DNA of 64,000 nucleotides from Candidatus Planktophila sp. (lineage in GTDB: Bacteria; Actinomycetota; Actinomycetes; Nanopelagicales; Nanopelagicaceae). A model generated the notes under the pieces. The model ran no database searches and was not told the DNA's origin. It was given only the letters and a program-made list of their open reading frames with translations. Shown in pieces: positions 17,774-29,128 of this stretch. Made by a program: the position numbers and the translations under genes. The stretch lies in contig JBBAMU010000003.1 of assembly GCA_040402315.1 (NCBI GenBank), forward strand, positions 1,453 through 65,452. The letters are read 5' to 3'. How positions within the stretch are numbered: position 1 is the stretch's first letter; every line of letters starts with the position of its first letter.

Positions 17774-18733
17774 ATGGCGCAGGCATCAGTTGCAATTCGT
17801 AACGCAGTAAGAGAGCAACTCCAAAGATGTGAAGCTGGCGATTGCATTCTTGTTGCAGTCTCTGGTGGAACAGATTCACTAGCACTTGCCTATGCAACTT
17901 TTGTCGAATCATCCCCGCTTGCAATCAAGGCCATTGCAGTCACTATCGATCATCAATTGCAAGAGAAATCATCTGATCAAGCAGCGAAAGTCGAAAAACA
18001 ATTGAGAGCACTGGGCTATCAGGATGTGGTGGTTGCTAAGGTAAAGGTTTCACTTGAATCCGGGCTAGAGGCCGGTGCACGAAGTGCTCGATATGAAGCG
18101 CTACAAAGAATTGCTGCTGAAAAAAGCGCCGTGAAAGTTTTGCTTGGCCACACACGAGATGATCAAGCAGAGAGCGTCCTACTCGGATTAGCTCGCGGAT
18201 CTGGAACTCGCTCACTTTCCGGAATGGCAATTGAAAATGGAATTTATCTACGGCCACTTCTCTCACTCACTCGCGCGCAGACCGAAGAAGCCTGCACTGA
18301 ATTTGGAATTGAATATTGGAATGATCCTCATAACGAAAACCATGATTTTTCTAGAGTGAGAGTTCGCCTGGAAGTTCTTCCAGTAATGGAAGAACAGATC
18401 GGCCCCGGCATCGCAGCAGCACTGGCTCGCAGCGCCGCACTGCTTCGAGATGATGCTGATGCCCTTGACGCGATTGCCGCCACTGAAGCTGCGCGATATG
18501 ACCTCACAGATTTAGCGTGCTCTGAGCTAGAACTGCTGCCGCGAGCGATTAGAACTCGCATCCTGCGCAGCGCAATCTATGCAGCTGGTGCACCTTCAGG
18601 CTCGATTTCAGCTGACCATATCGGGGCAGTTGAGGCGCTAATCACCTCTTGGCACGGTCAGGGGCTAGTGAGCCTGCCGGGTGGTGTGAAGGTTGAGCGA
18701 ATTTCGGGCAGACTTTCGCTCTCAAACCAGTAG
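17774..18733 (+). CDS. tilS: tRNA(Ile)-lysidine synthetase
   Basis: AVSGGTDS, HTRDDQAE, RPLL, DPHN motifs; precedes hpt-ftsH. Confidence 0.95.
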   Translation: MAQASVAIRNAVREQLQRCEAGDCILVAVSGGTDSLALAYATFVESSPLAIKAIAVTIDHQLQEKSSDQAAKVEKQLRALGYQDVVVAKVKVSLESGLEAGARSARYEALQRIAAEKSAVKVLLGHTRDDQAESVLLGLARGSGTRSLSGMAIENGIYLRPLLSLTRAQTEEACTEFGIEYWNDPHNENHDFSRVRVRLEVLPVMEEQIGPGIAAALARSAALLRDDADALDAIAATEAARYDLTDLACSELELLPRAIRTRILRSAIYAAGAPSGSISADHIGAVEALITSWHGQGLVSLPGGVKVERISGRLSLSNQ

Positions 18734-18764
18734 GTTCGATTCATAGACTTAAGGAGCACACTCG

Positions 18765-19316
18765 GTGGATCTCGCAGCAGTCGGCACAGATGTTGAAAAA
18801 GTAATTGCAACGGAAGCAGAATTGTCTGCCAAGATTCTAGAACTTGCAGCACGCGTTGATGCCGATTACAAAGATAAGCAAGTCCTTCTTGTTGGTGTTC
18901 TTAAAGGTGCAATCATGGCAATGGCAGATCTAACTCGTGCGATGCAAACACACATTGAAATGGATTGGATGGCTGTTTCTTCATATGGCTCTGGCACAAA
19001 ATCAAGTGGTGTGGTTCGCATCCTAAAAGACCTTGACCGCGACATCACCGGACGCCATGTTTTAATTGTGGAAGACATTGTTGACTCAGGTCTGACGCTC
19101 TCATGGCTGAAATCAAACTTACTTTCTCGCGGTGCGGCATCTGTTGAAATTCTTGCGATACTCCGTAAGCCTGATGCTGCCAAAGTGGACGTTAATGTTA
19201 AATACGTGGGCTTTGATATTCCAAAAGAGTTTGTTGTCGGATATGGACTCGACTTCGATGAGAAGTATCGCAACCTTTCATTTATCGGTGTGCTTGCCAA
19301 GCACATGTACTCATAA
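18765..19316 (+). CDS. hpt: Hypoxanthine phosphoribosyltransferase
   Basis: VLIVEDIVDSGLTL PRT motif, FVVGYGLD. Confidence 0.96.
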   Translation: MDLAAVGTDVEKVIATEAELSAKILELAARVDADYKDKQVLLVGVLKGAIMAMADLTRAMQTHIEMDWMAVSSYGSGTKSSGVVRILKDLDRDITGRHVLIVEDIVDSGLTLSWLKSNLLSRGAASVEILAILRKPDAAKVDVNVKYVGFDIPKEFVVGYGLDFDEKYRNLSFIGVLAKHMYS

Positions 19317-19324
19317 GGAGCTCC

Positions 19325-21394
19325 ATGTCTTCCCAAACACCCCTAGGTAAGTCTCCATTGGATAAATTTAAAAAGTCTAAGGAAAAGAGTGCTACAAAAA
19401 AGAATGTGAAGGCGACGCCGCAAACTCGTGCTCAGAAACTTCTCCGAGGACCACTCTTTTGGATCATCATCGCCATTGTGGGCGTGACGATTTTTGGACA
19501 GATCTCCAGCGCCACAAATAGATATACCGAGATTAAGACTTCCCAGGCAATTGCTGCAATCTCACAATCTGAAGTTGAGTCAGCTGTTCTTATTGATAAA
19601 AGTCAGAAGATTCGCCTTATATTAAGTGGTGGAAAGACAATTAAAGGTGCGACAAAAGTTGAGGCTTCTTATATTGCTCGCCAAGAACCCACCCTTATCG
19701 ATGAACTCACCGCTAATCCGCCAGCAAAAGGCTGGACAGTAGATGTTCCAAAGACATCAGTACTGACAACTATTCTCTTTAGTTTCGGTCCAATACTGAT
19801 TATTGGTTTTCTCTTCTTCTGGTTGATGAGCCAAGCACAAGGTGGAAACCGAGTATTTTCATTTGGTAAATCACGGGCAAAGCTGCAAGATAATGATGTT
19901 CCGCAGAATACATTTGATGATGTTGCAGGCGCTGATGAAGCTATTGCCGAGCTAGAAGAAATTAAAGATTTTTTGGCGGATCCAGCTAAATACGCGTTAC
20001 TCGGTGCCAAAATTCCAAGGGGAGTACTTCTCTACGGCCCGCCAGGAACAGGAAAGACACTTCTTGCGCGCGCCGTTGCTGGTGAAGCGAAAGTTCCTTT
20101 CTACTCAATTTCCGGCTCTGACTTTGTAGAAATGTTTGTTGGAGTTGGCGCTGCCCGAGTTCGCGATTTGTTTAACCAAGCAAAGGCGAATGCACCCGCA
20201 ATTGTTTTCGTAGATGAAATAGATGCGGTAGGACGCCAACGTGGTGCAGGTATGGGTGGCGGTCATGATGAACGCGAACAAACTCTGAATCAGCTTCTGG
20301 TAGAGATGGATGGCTTCGAAGCTAATGGCCAAGTGATACTCATTGCTGCGACAAACCGTCCCGATGTGCTTGACCCGGCACTTCTTCGTCCTGGACGTTT
20401 TGATCGTCAGATTCCAGTCGAGCGCCCAGATCTCAAGGGCCGCGAAGACATTCTGAAGGTGCATGCAAAGAACAAGCCAATTTCAAAGGAAGTTGAACTT
20501 GTTGCATACGCTCGCAGAACACCGGGATTTACTGGTGCAGATCTGGCAAATGTGCTTAATGAAGCAGCATTGCTTTCTGCACGCGAAGGTCAGAAATCAA
20601 TTGGCAATACTCAGATAGATGAAGCTATCGATCGCGTCATGGCTGGTCCACAGCGCAAGTCACGGTTGATGTCTGAAGAAGAACGCCGTGTCACTGCCTA
20701 TCACGAAGCAGGTCACGCACTTGTTGCGCATGCCCTTCCACATACTGATCCAGTTCACAAAATAACTATCATGCCGCGCGGTAGGGCACTTGGTTACACC
20801 ATGGTCCTTCCTGATGAAGATAGATACTCAACTACACGTAACCAACTCCTTGATCAGTTGGCGTATTCACTCGGTGGGCGTGCCGCCGAAGAACTCATCT
20901 TCCATGATCCATCAACTGGTGCATCAAATGACATTGAAAAAGCGACCGCTCTTGCTCGCGCAATGGTGACGCAATACGGAATGACTGAAGCAATTGGCGC
21001 AATCAAATTAGGAACCGATGCATCAGAACCATTTATGGGCCGTGATTATGGACATCAGCGAGATTATTCAGAGAACGTTGCTGCAGTAGTTGATGCTGAA
21101 ATCCGTAAATTGATTGAAACTGCGCATCAAGAGGCCTACGACATTCTTGAAGTGAATAGAACAATTCTTGATGAAATGGTAATTAAACTGCTTGAGATAG
21201 AAACGCTCAACAAAGAAGAGATTGCACAGATATTTACCAAGGTGCGGTCATGGCCTAATCGTCCGGCATGGACAGGATCAGAAACACGCACGCCTTCTTC
21301 TACTCCACCGGTAGATATTCCAGAACGCATCATTACCGCTGCACCTGATACAGCTAAGAAGGCGCGGCGCGTGAAGAAGGCAACCTCAGAGTGA
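19325..21394 (+). CDS. ftsH: ATP-dependent zinc metalloprotease FtsH
   Basis: Two TM segments, [11 protein letters not shown] motif, HEAGH. Confidence 0.98.
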   Translation: MSSQTPLGKSPLDKFKKSKEKSATKKNVKATPQTRAQKLLRGPLFWIIIAIVGVTIFGQISSATNRYTEIKTSQAIAAISQSEVESAVLIDKSQKIRLILSGGKTIKGATKVEASYIARQEPTLIDELTANPPAKGWTVDVPKTSVLTTILFSFGPILIIGFLFFWLMSQAQGGNRVFSFGKSRAKLQDNDVPQNTFDDVAGADEAIAELEEIKDFLADPAKYALLGAKIPRGVLLYGPPGTGKTLLARAVAGEAKVPFYSISGSDFVEMFVGVGAARVRDLFNQAKANAPAIVFVDEIDAVGRQRGAGMGGGHDEREQTLNQLLVEMDGFEANGQVILIAATNRPDVLDPALLRPGRFDRQIPVERPDLKGREDILKVHAKNKPISKEVELVAYARRTPGFTGADLANVLNEAALLSAREGQKSIGNTQIDEAIDRVMAGPQRKSRLMSEEERRVTAYHEAGHALVAHALPHTDPVHKITIMPRGRALGYTMVLPDEDRYSTTRNQLLDQLAYSLGGRAAEELIFHDPSTGASNDIEKATALARAMVTQYGMTEAIGAIKLGTDASEPFMGRDYGHQRDYSENVAAVVDAEIRKLIETAHQEAYDILEVNRTILDEMVIKLLEIETLNKEEIAQIFTKVRSWPNRPAWTGSETRTPSSTPPVDIPERIITAAPDTAKKARRVKKATSE

Positions 21395-22002
21395 GCGATA
21401 TTTCTTCAGTATCAATGGGTCCCCACGATGGAGGTGCATCACATCCATATGATCATGAGCGTGCGGAAAAGGCGGTCCGCGAACTCTTATTGGCCCTTGG
21501 TGAAGATCCTGATCGTGAGGGCTTGAAAGAAACACCAGCTCGCGTTGCTCGTGCTTTTGCCGAAAACTTTGAGGGACTGTGGCAGAAGCCAGAAGATGTA
21601 TTAACAACCATTTTTGATATTGGACATGAAGAGTTAGTAATTATTCGCGATATTGAAGTATTTTCACATTGCGAACACCACCTGACTCCATTTCATGGAG
21701 TAGCTCACGTTGGATATATCCCGAGCGGAAAAATTACTGGGCTCTCCAAAGTTGCACGATTAGTTGATCTCTTCGCCCATAGACCCCAAGTGCAAGAGCG
21801 ACTAACAACTCAGATTGCTGACGCACTCGTTGAAATACTTAAGCCAATGGGGGTAATTGTCATTATTGATTGCGAGCACCTGTGCATGTCAATGCGTGGT
21901 GTGCGAAAGTCTCAGGCACGAACAACAACTTCTGCAGTACGCGGAGTTCTGCGCGATCCAACAACTCGCGCCGAAGCAATCAGTCTTATTACGAATCGAT
22001 AA
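21391..22002 (+). CDS. folE: GTP cyclohydrolase I
   Basis: [26 protein letters not shown]. Confidence 0.96.
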   Translation: MSDISSVSMGPHDGGASHPYDHERAEKAVRELLLALGEDPDREGLKETPARVARAFAENFEGLWQKPEDVLTTIFDIGHEELVIIRDIEVFSHCEHHLTPFHGVAHVGYIPSGKITGLSKVARLVDLFAHRPQVQERLTTQIADALVEILKPMGVIVIIDCEHLCMSMRGVRKSQARTTTSAVRGVLRDPTTRAEAISLITNR

Positions 22003-22008
22003 ATCACC

Positions 22009-22764
22009 ATGCTTGTGATGGGAATTCTCAATGTCACACCAGATTCATTTGCCGACGGTGGAGTAAATTTTGAGACACACATTGCAATAACCCGTGGCTT
22101 GGAAATGATTGATGAGGGTGTTGACATCATCGATATCGGTGGCGAATCAACTCGCCCAGGCGCCGAACGAATATCGGCTCTGGAAGAACAAGCGCGCGTG
22201 ATTCCCGTGATTGAAGGCCTAGCTGGCAAGGGCGTAACATTAAGTGTTGACACTATGCGGGCAGAGACAGCGCGGTTAGCTGTGCGTGCAGGAGCCAGCA
22301 TCGTTAATGATGTTAGCGGCGGAGCTGCGGATTCAGATATGTTTGCAACTGTTGCCGAATTAGGTTGCAAGTACACCCTGATGCATTGGCGGGGTCACTC
22401 AGCAGATATGAATTCGAAGGCTATTTACACGGATGTAGTGAGTGAAGTTATCGAGGAAGTAACGCTGCAACTAGATAAGGCACTAGCTGCCGGTATTAAG
22501 CGGGAGAACATAATTCTTGATCCAGGTATCGGATTTGCAAAGGATGCCGAACACAACTGGGAGATATTAAAGCGCATCGACGAATTCATTGCCCTGGGTT
22601 ACCCAGTTCTTATGGGGCATTCTCGTAAGAGATTCCTGGGTGGTGACACTCCAGACTCACGGGAAGAAGCCACTGTTGCGGTTACGCAATCACTTGTGGG
22701 TAAAGGTATTTGGGGAGTTAGAGTTCATGGTGTGAAGGTGAATAAGGATGCAATCAACGCATGA
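22009..22764 (+). CDS. folP: Dihydropteroate synthase
   Basis: MGILNVTPDSF.DGG, GGESTRPG, DPGIGF, SRKRF. Confidence 0.96.
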   Translation: MLVMGILNVTPDSFADGGVNFETHIAITRGLEMIDEGVDIIDIGGESTRPGAERISALEEQARVIPVIEGLAGKGVTLSVDTMRAETARLAVRAGASIVNDVSGGAADSDMFATVAELGCKYTLMHWRGHSADMNSKAIYTDVVSEVIEEVTLQLDKALAAGIKRENIILDPGIGFAKDAEHNWEILKRIDEFIALGYPVLMGHSRKRFLGGDTPDSREEATVAVTQSLVGKGIWGVRVHGVKVNKDAINA

Positions 22765-23117
22765 GTGATGTTATTTCAATTAAGGCAATCCACGGATTTG
22801 GCTATCACGGAGTCTTTGACCATGAAGCAAGAAATGGACAAGACTTCTATGTCGATCTCGAGATAGCGTTAGATTTATCAAAGGCGAGCACAACAGATAA
22901 TTTAGAAGACACCATTGATTACGGCGCTCTTGCCGATCTTGTGGTGGAAGAAATTACTGGCACTCGAGTGCAATTGATTGAAAGACTTGCTGGAAGAATT
23001 GCAGATCGAATTAAGGTATCTCATCAGAAGATTAAGCGCGTGACGGTGACGGTGCATAAGCCCAAAGCGCCTGTTTCGGCCGAGGTCGCAGATATCGCAG
23101 TAACTGTCTCGCGATGA
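22761..23117 (+). CDS. folB: Dihydroneopterin aldolase
   Basis: GYHGV..E...GQ.F, TIDYG, LIE, KP.AP. Confidence 0.94.
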   Translation: MSDVISIKAIHGFGYHGVFDHEARNGQDFYVDLEIALDLSKASTTDNLEDTIDYGALADLVVEEITGTRVQLIERLAGRIADRIKVSHQKIKRVTVTVHKPKAPVSAEVADIAVTVSR

Positions 23118-23560
23118 AAGCAGTAGTTGCACTGGGAGCCAACATTGGTAATCCCCATGAGCAGATTGATTTAGCACTGACCATGTTGCGAGCTGCAACC
23201 GAAGTTATTGCAGTCTCTTCATTGCACACCACCAAACCCGTGGGAGGCCCGGAACAACCCGACTACATCAATGCAGTGTGTATTCTAGAAAGTGAATTAC
23301 CTGCAGCAGATCTACTCTCACTTTTGCATGGCATTGAAAAAACTCTTGGTCGAGAGCGCCAGGAGCGATGGGGCCCTCGAACTATTGACCTAGATCTCAT
23401 TCAATATGGCGGACTGCTCAGTAGCGCCGAAGAGTTGAAACTTCCGCACCCAAGGGCGCATGAAAGACGCTTTGTATTGCAACCCTGGAGTGAGATTGAG
23501 CCTGATGCAATTTTGCTTACCCACGGCAAAATTTCTCACCTTTTGGAGCAATTGCAATAA
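23114..23560 (+). CDS. folK: 6-hydroxymethyl-7,8-dihydropterin pyrophosphokinase
   Basis: ALGANIG, RWGPRTIDLD, PHPRAHERRFVL. Confidence 0.95.
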   Translation: MKAVVALGANIGNPHEQIDLALTMLRAATEVIAVSSLHTTKPVGGPEQPDYINAVCILESELPAADLLSLLHGIEKTLGRERQERWGPRTIDLDLIQYGGLLSSAEELKLPHPRAHERRFVLQPWSEIEPDAILLTHGKISHLLEQLQ

Positions 23561-23610
23561 CGCTTTAGACTTAGTGCGCTGCCTGCCCGGTACCTGAAAG
23601 GACTGGAGCC

Positions 23611-24381
23611 ATGAAAGTAGTAACAGATGTTCGTCAGCTTCCTTCAGGCTGCGCATTTGTTCCCACAATGGGCGCGCTTCATGCCGGGCACGCTTCACTG
23701 ATGTCGATTGCTAAAGAACACAGCGAGAACGTGGTGGTTAGTATTTTTGTGAACCCACTTCAATTTGAGAGCTCCGAAGATTTAGCAAAATATCCAAGAA
23801 CCCCAGAAGCTGATATTGAATTAGCGGCAGCAAACGGTGTGACACATGTGTGGTTACCGCCTTATGCAGACATTTATCCGAAAGATCACCCTGTGCTTAC
23901 CGCTGGCCCAATTTCATATCTGTATGAAGGTAAATCAAGACCAGGGCACTTTGATGGTGTATTGACTGTGGTCCGTAGATTTTTTGATTTGCTCAAGCCA
24001 AGTACTGCAATATTTGGCGAGAAAGATTTTCAGCAACTAAAACTCGTTGAGGAAATCGCCGGTGATGTGAAGATTATTCGGGCCCCAATTATTCGTGAAA
24101 CTGATGGCTTGGCGATGTCATCGCGTAATATTCGATTGACGCCCGAAGGCAGAGCAGCAGCGACCGTGATCTCTCAAGCTCTATTTGCATCTGAGAATGA
24201 GAGCGAATTACGCGCAGCACTGGCAGCGCAGCCACTTTTTACACTCGATTATGCAGACCTCATCGACGAAGACAGCTTCCTACCAGTGAGAAGCGATACA
24301 ACTCATGCTCGCGCAATTGTTGCCGGGTGGATAAATGGGCTCCGTTTGATTGACAATAGGCAGATGGTGCAGCGCTCATGA
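23611..24381 (+). CDS. panC: Pantoate-beta-alanine ligase
   Basis: PTMGALHAGH, SIFVNPLQF, RPGHF.GV, GEKDFQQ, GLAMSSRN. Confidence 0.96.
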   Translation: MKVVTDVRQLPSGCAFVPTMGALHAGHASLMSIAKEHSENVVVSIFVNPLQFESSEDLAKYPRTPEADIELAAANGVTHVWLPPYADIYPKDHPVLTAGPISYLYEGKSRPGHFDGVLTVVRRFFDLLKPSTAIFGEKDFQQLKLVEEIAGDVKIIRAPIIRETDGLAMSSRNIRLTPEGRAAATVISQALFASENESELRAALAAQPLFTLDYADLIDEDSFLPVRSDTTHARAIVAGWINGLRLIDNRQMVQRS

Positions 24382-25991
24382 GGTTACTAGCCCCAGCACC
24401 TGGCTGGACTGCGCAAGCAGATGTCATTGTTGTTGGCTCTGGAATAGCTGGGCTTACTACCGCACTGCAATGTCGAACATTTGGTTTATCTGTTCTGCTT
24501 GTTACAAAAGCAAGTGTGGATGAAGGTTCGACCAAATGGGCACAAGGTGGAATCGCTGCCGCCCTTGGTGATGGTGATTCACCTGAGGCGCATGAGAAAG
24601 ATACTTTGGTTGCAGGTGCTGGACTGTGTGATGTCAATGCTGTTCGAGTATTAGTTACTGAAGGACCAGAAGCGGTCCGCAAACTTATTGAACGCGGTGC
24701 TATTTTTGATAAAGAGGCAAGTGGCGAGATTTCACTTACTCGCGAAGGCGGACATCTACGCAATCGAATTATTCATGCAGGCGGTGATGCAACAGGTGCC
24801 GAGGTTTCACGAGCGCTCCTGGCTGCTGTCCAGAACGACCCAGAAATCGAAGTTGTTGAAAATGCACTTGTCTTAGATGCCCTTAAAAATGATATTGGCG
24901 ATATTTGTGGCGTCACTCTGCACGTGATTGGAGTCGGTAGTCGCGACGGTGTTGGCCGCGCAATTGCTAAGGCTGTTGTCTTGGCAACCGGCGGACTCGG
25001 ACAAGTCTTTGCTCAAACTACCAACCCTTCTGTTTCAACAGGAGATGGAGTAGCGCTGGCACTTCGTGCGGGCGCCAAAGTTGCTGATGTGGAATTTATT
25101 CAATTCCATCCCACTGTTTTATGGTTAGGAAATAACTCTGAAGGCCAACAGCCACTGATCAGCGAAGCCGTGCGAGGTGAAGGTGCCTATCTCCTTGATA
25201 ATCAAGGGAATAGATTTATGAAAGAAATTCATCCACTTGCCGAGTTAGCTCCTCGTGATGTTGTGGCAATTTCAATTATGCGAGTAATGAATAAGAATCA
25301 TGCACAGCATGTGTGGCTTGATGTGCGCCACCTGGAGGGATTTGAAAAGAGATTTCCAACTATTTATGCATCCTGTATTACACATGGAATTAATCCACTG
25401 ACAGAGTTAATTCCGGTAGCGCCTGCCTCTCACTATGCATCCGGTGGTATCCGAGTAGATCTCAATGGCAGAACCAGCGTCAATGGTCTCTATGCGTGCG
25501 GTGAAACCGCATGTTCTGGCGTGCATGGAGCCAATCGTCTGGCATCTAATTCATTACTAGAGGGCCTTGTATTTAGTGCACGCATCGCTTCAGATATCGC
25601 ATCGAACCTTCCTGAATTTAGTGAGCCAGTAGAAAATGTTTCACGAGCCATACTTCTTGACCCAGCAGTACGTCACGATATTCAGGTGAGTATGAGCCGG
25701 GGCGCGGGTGTATTGCGCTCCTCAGATTCATTGGTGCGCACCAGCTCTGATCTCACACGTATTGAAGATAAAACTAGCGTGCAGCCATGTGTGGAAGCAT
25801 GGGAAACAACAAACCTTTTTCAATTAGCGCAAGCTATTCTTAAAGCAGCGCTGATTCGGCAAGAGACACGTGGTTCGCACTGGCGGGAAGATTTCCCAGA
25901 ATCAAGTAATCAATGGCGAAAGCGTATTGTGCAACAACTTGATCAAACTGGATACTGGACAACTGGCTATCAGGAGGTAAGCAATCAATGA
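24378..25991 (+). CDS. nadB: L-aspartate oxidase
   Basis: GSGIAG, WAQGGIAA, QFHPT, HGANRLASNSLLEG; adjacent to nadC. Confidence 0.95.
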   Translation: MRLLAPAPGWTAQADVIVVGSGIAGLTTALQCRTFGLSVLLVTKASVDEGSTKWAQGGIAAALGDGDSPEAHEKDTLVAGAGLCDVNAVRVLVTEGPEAVRKLIERGAIFDKEASGEISLTREGGHLRNRIIHAGGDATGAEVSRALLAAVQNDPEIEVVENALVLDALKNDIGDICGVTLHVIGVGSRDGVGRAIAKAVVLATGGLGQVFAQTTNPSVSTGDGVALALRAGAKVADVEFIQFHPTVLWLGNNSEGQQPLISEAVRGEGAYLLDNQGNRFMKEIHPLAELAPRDVVAISIMRVMNKNHAQHVWLDVRHLEGFEKRFPTIYASCITHGINPLTELIPVAPASHYASGGIRVDLNGRTSVNGLYACGETACSGVHGANRLASNSLLEGLVFSARIASDIASNLPEFSEPVENVSRAILLDPAVRHDIQVSMSRGAGVLRSSDSLVRTSSDLTRIEDKTSVQPCVEAWETTNLFQLAQAILKAALIRQETRGSHWREDFPESSNQWRKRIVQQLDQTGYWTTGYQEVSNQ

Positions 25992-26812
25992 TTGATCGCG
26001 AACTCATTAAACGTGCACTTGCTGAAGATCTAGATGGTGGGCAAGACATCACTTCGATTGCCACGGTCTCTGGAAGTGAACGAGTCGTTGCGGATTTCGT
26101 TTCTCGCAGCGAGGGCGTTATTGCTGGCATTGATATGGCGCGCGCTGTTCTGGAAGAAGTGGGCTTGAAAGATATTTCGGTATTTGTGGCCGATGGTGCG
26201 AAGATCGCCAAGGGAACAGTTCTCATGAGCGTGCGTGGTGATACTCGTGCAATCTTGCTGGCAGAACGCACTGCGCTTAATTTCCTAGGACATCTGGGAG
26301 GAATTGCCACACTCACTCGCACCTGGGTTGATGCAATTGCAGGAACCCCTTGCGCAATCAGAGATACGCGAAAGACAACGCCAGGGATGCGAGTCTTAGA
26401 AAAGTACGCTGTTCGCATGGGTGGCGGAAGCAATCATCGAATGAATTTAAGTGTGGCCGCGCTCATTAAAGATAATCACATTGCAGCAGCAGGTGGAGTC
26501 ACGGCAGCTTTCAACCGGGTGCGGGAGAAGAATCCGAAGGCAGAGATCGAGGTTGAAGTCGATACCCTCGATCAATTAGCAGAAGTGATTGCACTGAAAC
26601 CTGATTGCGTCCTACTCGATAATTTGAGTGCAGAACTCTGCGCGAAGGCGGTGGCACTGGTAGCGGGTGCATTTAAACTCGAAGCATCGGGTGGAATCAC
26701 ACTGACGAATGCACGAGTGTATGCCGAAACCGGCGTTAACTACTTAGCAATTGGTGCGCTGACACATAGCGCACCTGTATTAGATATCGGCCTAGATATG
26801 AGAGCGGAGTAA
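25988..26812 (+). CDS. nadC: Nicotinate-nucleotide diphosphorylase (carboxylating)
   Basis: DTRKTTPG, IKDNHI, EVEVD, EASGGI. Confidence 0.96.
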   Translation: MIDRELIKRALAEDLDGGQDITSIATVSGSERVVADFVSRSEGVIAGIDMARAVLEEVGLKDISVFVADGAKIAKGTVLMSVRGDTRAILLAERTALNFLGHLGGIATLTRTWVDAIAGTPCAIRDTRKTTPGMRVLEKYAVRMGGGSNHRMNLSVAALIKDNHIAAAGGVTAAFNRVREKNPKAEIEVEVDTLDQLAEVIALKPDCVLLDNLSAELCAKAVALVAGAFKLEASGGITLTNARVYAETGVNYLAIGALTHSAPVLDIGLDMRAE

Positions 26813-26814
26813 GC

Positions 26815-27582
26815 ATGTTATTAACAATCGATGTAGGAAATACAAATACGGTGCTAGGAGTATTTGAGAAAGAAACTCTCATGAGATCTTGGCGGGTAAA
26901 GACTGATCCCCGCACAACTGCTGATGAATTATGGTTGCAATACAGCGCACTTGTTATCGGATATGAAGTTGCCGCACTTTCAATCTGTTCCTCTGTTCCG
27001 GCAACGCTTCGCGAATTGCGAACCATGATTGATACCTACTTCAGCCAGACCCCAGTGACAATCGTGGAACCAGGAACAAAGACTGGCGTGCAACTATTGG
27101 TAGATAACCCCAAGGAGATAGGTGCTGACCGAATAGTTAATACCCTAGCTGCTCATACTTTGTATGGCGGACCTGCAATTGTGGTCGACTTTGGAACTTC
27201 TACAAACCTCGATGTTGTTTCTCCAAAAGGTGAATTTTTAGGTGGCGCACTTGCGCCCGGTATTGAAATCTCGGTCGATGCGCTAGCTGCACGTGCCGCG
27301 CAACTACGAAAAGTCGAGCTAATCAAGCCAAAGAACGTTATCGGCAAGAACACTGTAGAAGCTTTGCAATCAGGAACGATTTATGGATTTGCGGGACAGG
27401 TTGATGGCCTTGTCGAACGCATCACTGATGAACTTGCGCAAAGTTATGAGAAAGCACCGATAGTGATTGCAACGGGTGGATTAGCCCCGCTCATCATTGG
27501 AGTTTCAGAAACCATTGATAAACATGAGCCAGACCTGACTCTGATTGGACTTCGCCTTATCCACGAGAAGAACTCTCACTAG
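26815..27582 (+). CDS. coaX: Type III pantothenate kinase
   Basis: IDVGNTN, GADR, VDFGT, ATGG. Confidence 0.95.
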   Translation: MLLTIDVGNTNTVLGVFEKETLMRSWRVKTDPRTTADELWLQYSALVIGYEVAALSICSSVPATLRELRTMIDTYFSQTPVTIVEPGTKTGVQLLVDNPKEIGADRIVNTLAAHTLYGGPAIVVDFGTSTNLDVVSPKGEFLGGALAPGIEISVDALAARAAQLRKVELIKPKNVIGKNTVEALQSGTIYGFAGQVDGLVERITDELAQSYEKAPIVIATGGLAPLIIGVSETIDKHEPDLTLIGLRLIHEKNSH

Positions 27583-27616
27583 TTCTACCGGTAAAAACGA
27601 TAGACTCGGCTCCACT

Positions 27617-29125
27617 ATGACCAGCGATAACTCACCCGCACAAGAGGATGATCTACCGGAGCAACTTCGGATTCGTCGCGAGAAGCGCGCCAGCCTGATT
27701 GAGCGTGGAATTGAGCCATATCCAGTGGCGGTTGCTCGCACAAAATCGCTTTCAGAAATTCGTAAAAAATACGTGGGTTTTGAAACCGATATCGCTACCG
27801 GAGATATTGAAAGCCTTACTGGGCGAATAATTTTTAAGCGTGACACTGGAAAACTTTGTTTTGCAACGCTGCGCGAAGGTGATGGAACAGAGCTGCAAGC
27901 GATGTTATCCCTGGATAAAGTCGGTGAGGCGCAACTAGATGCCTGGAAATCAGATATTGATTTAGGCGACATCGTTTCAGTTACCGGTGAAATCATTACC
28001 TCTAAGCGCGGTGAGTTATCCATACTTGCTAATTCCTGGACCCTGGCATCGAAATCGCTGCGACCACTTCCTAATGATCACAAGCCGATGTCGGAAGAGA
28101 CTCGCGTTCGTATGCGCTATGTCGATCTTATTGTTCGCCCAGAAGCACGGAGCGCTGCTCGTATGCGCCCGAATGTCATGCGCTCACTTCGCGAAACTTT
28201 TAATTCGCAGAGTTTTATTGAGGTAGAAACACCAATGCTGCAAGTTATGCATGGTGGGGCAACAGCGCGCCCATTTAAGACATTCAGCAATGCTTATGAC
28301 ATGGATTTATATATGCGCATCGCCCCAGAACTCTTCTTAAAGCGTTGCGTAGTGGGTGGGATTGAGCGGGTCTTTGAAATCAATCGAAATTTCCGCAATG
28401 AAGGCGCTGATTCTTCTCACTCACCAGAGTTTGCAATGGTCGAGTCCTATATGGCATATGGAGATTGGCGCACGATCGCTGATCTCACTCGTTCGCTAGT
28501 TCAAAATGCAGCAGTTGCTGTGTCGGGTTCTCACGTTGTTACTCATCATGACGGACGTCAAGCAGACCTTGGTGGCACCTGGAAAGAGATTTCACTCTAC
28601 GACGCAATTTCTGAAGGTGTGGGCGAGAAAGTAACGGCGTTGACTTCCATCGATGAACTGAAGAAATATGCAACAAAACTCGGCATGAAGATCGACCCAA
28701 AGTGGGTAACAGGAAAGCTCGCCGAAGAGATTTTTGAACATGTGGCAAAAGATAAGTTAGTCGAGCCAACCTTTGTGATGGGCTATCCGGTAGACACTTC
28801 ACCTCTGGTACGTGCTCACCGTGAGCTTCCAGGCATGGTTGAAAAATGGGATCTCTATGTCGACGGATTTGAATTAGCAACCGGTTATTCCGAACTTATT
28901 GACCCAGTGATTCAACGTAATCGTTTAGTGGAGCAGGCTCAGCTTGGCGCTAAAGGTGATTTAGAAGCGATGCAAGTAGATGAAGATTTCTTACGTGCCA
29001 TGGAGTTCGGTATGCCCCCAATGGGTGGAATGGGAATGGGCGTCGATCGTTTACTCATGGCGCTAACAGGACTTGGTATTCGCGAAACGATTTTGTTTCC
29101 ACTAGTAAAACCGGAAGTTGATTAA
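27617..29125 (+). CDS. lysS: Lysine-tRNA ligase (class II)
   Basis: EVETPMLQ, RIAPELFLKR, FRNEG, GMPPMGG.G.G.DR; start set to ATG 27617. Confidence 0.97.
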   Translation: MTSDNSPAQEDDLPEQLRIRREKRASLIERGIEPYPVAVARTKSLSEIRKKYVGFETDIATGDIESLTGRIIFKRDTGKLCFATLREGDGTELQAMLSLDKVGEAQLDAWKSDIDLGDIVSVTGEIITSKRGELSILANSWTLASKSLRPLPNDHKPMSEETRVRMRYVDLIVRPEARSAARMRPNVMRSLRETFNSQSFIEVETPMLQVMHGGATARPFKTFSNAYDMDLYMRIAPELFLKRCVVGGIERVFEINRNFRNEGADSSHSPEFAMVESYMAYGDWRTIADLTRSLVQNAAVAVSGSHVVTHHDGRQADLGGTWKEISLYDAISEGVGEKVTALTSIDELKKYATKLGMKIDPKWVTGKLAEEIFEHVAKDKLVEPTFVMGYPVDTSPLVRAHRELPGMVEKWDLYVDGFELATGYSELIDPVIQRNRLVEQAQLGAKGDLEAMQVDEDFLRAMEFGMPPMGGMGMGVDRLLMALTGLGIRETILFPLVKPEVD

Positions 29126-29128
29126 CTA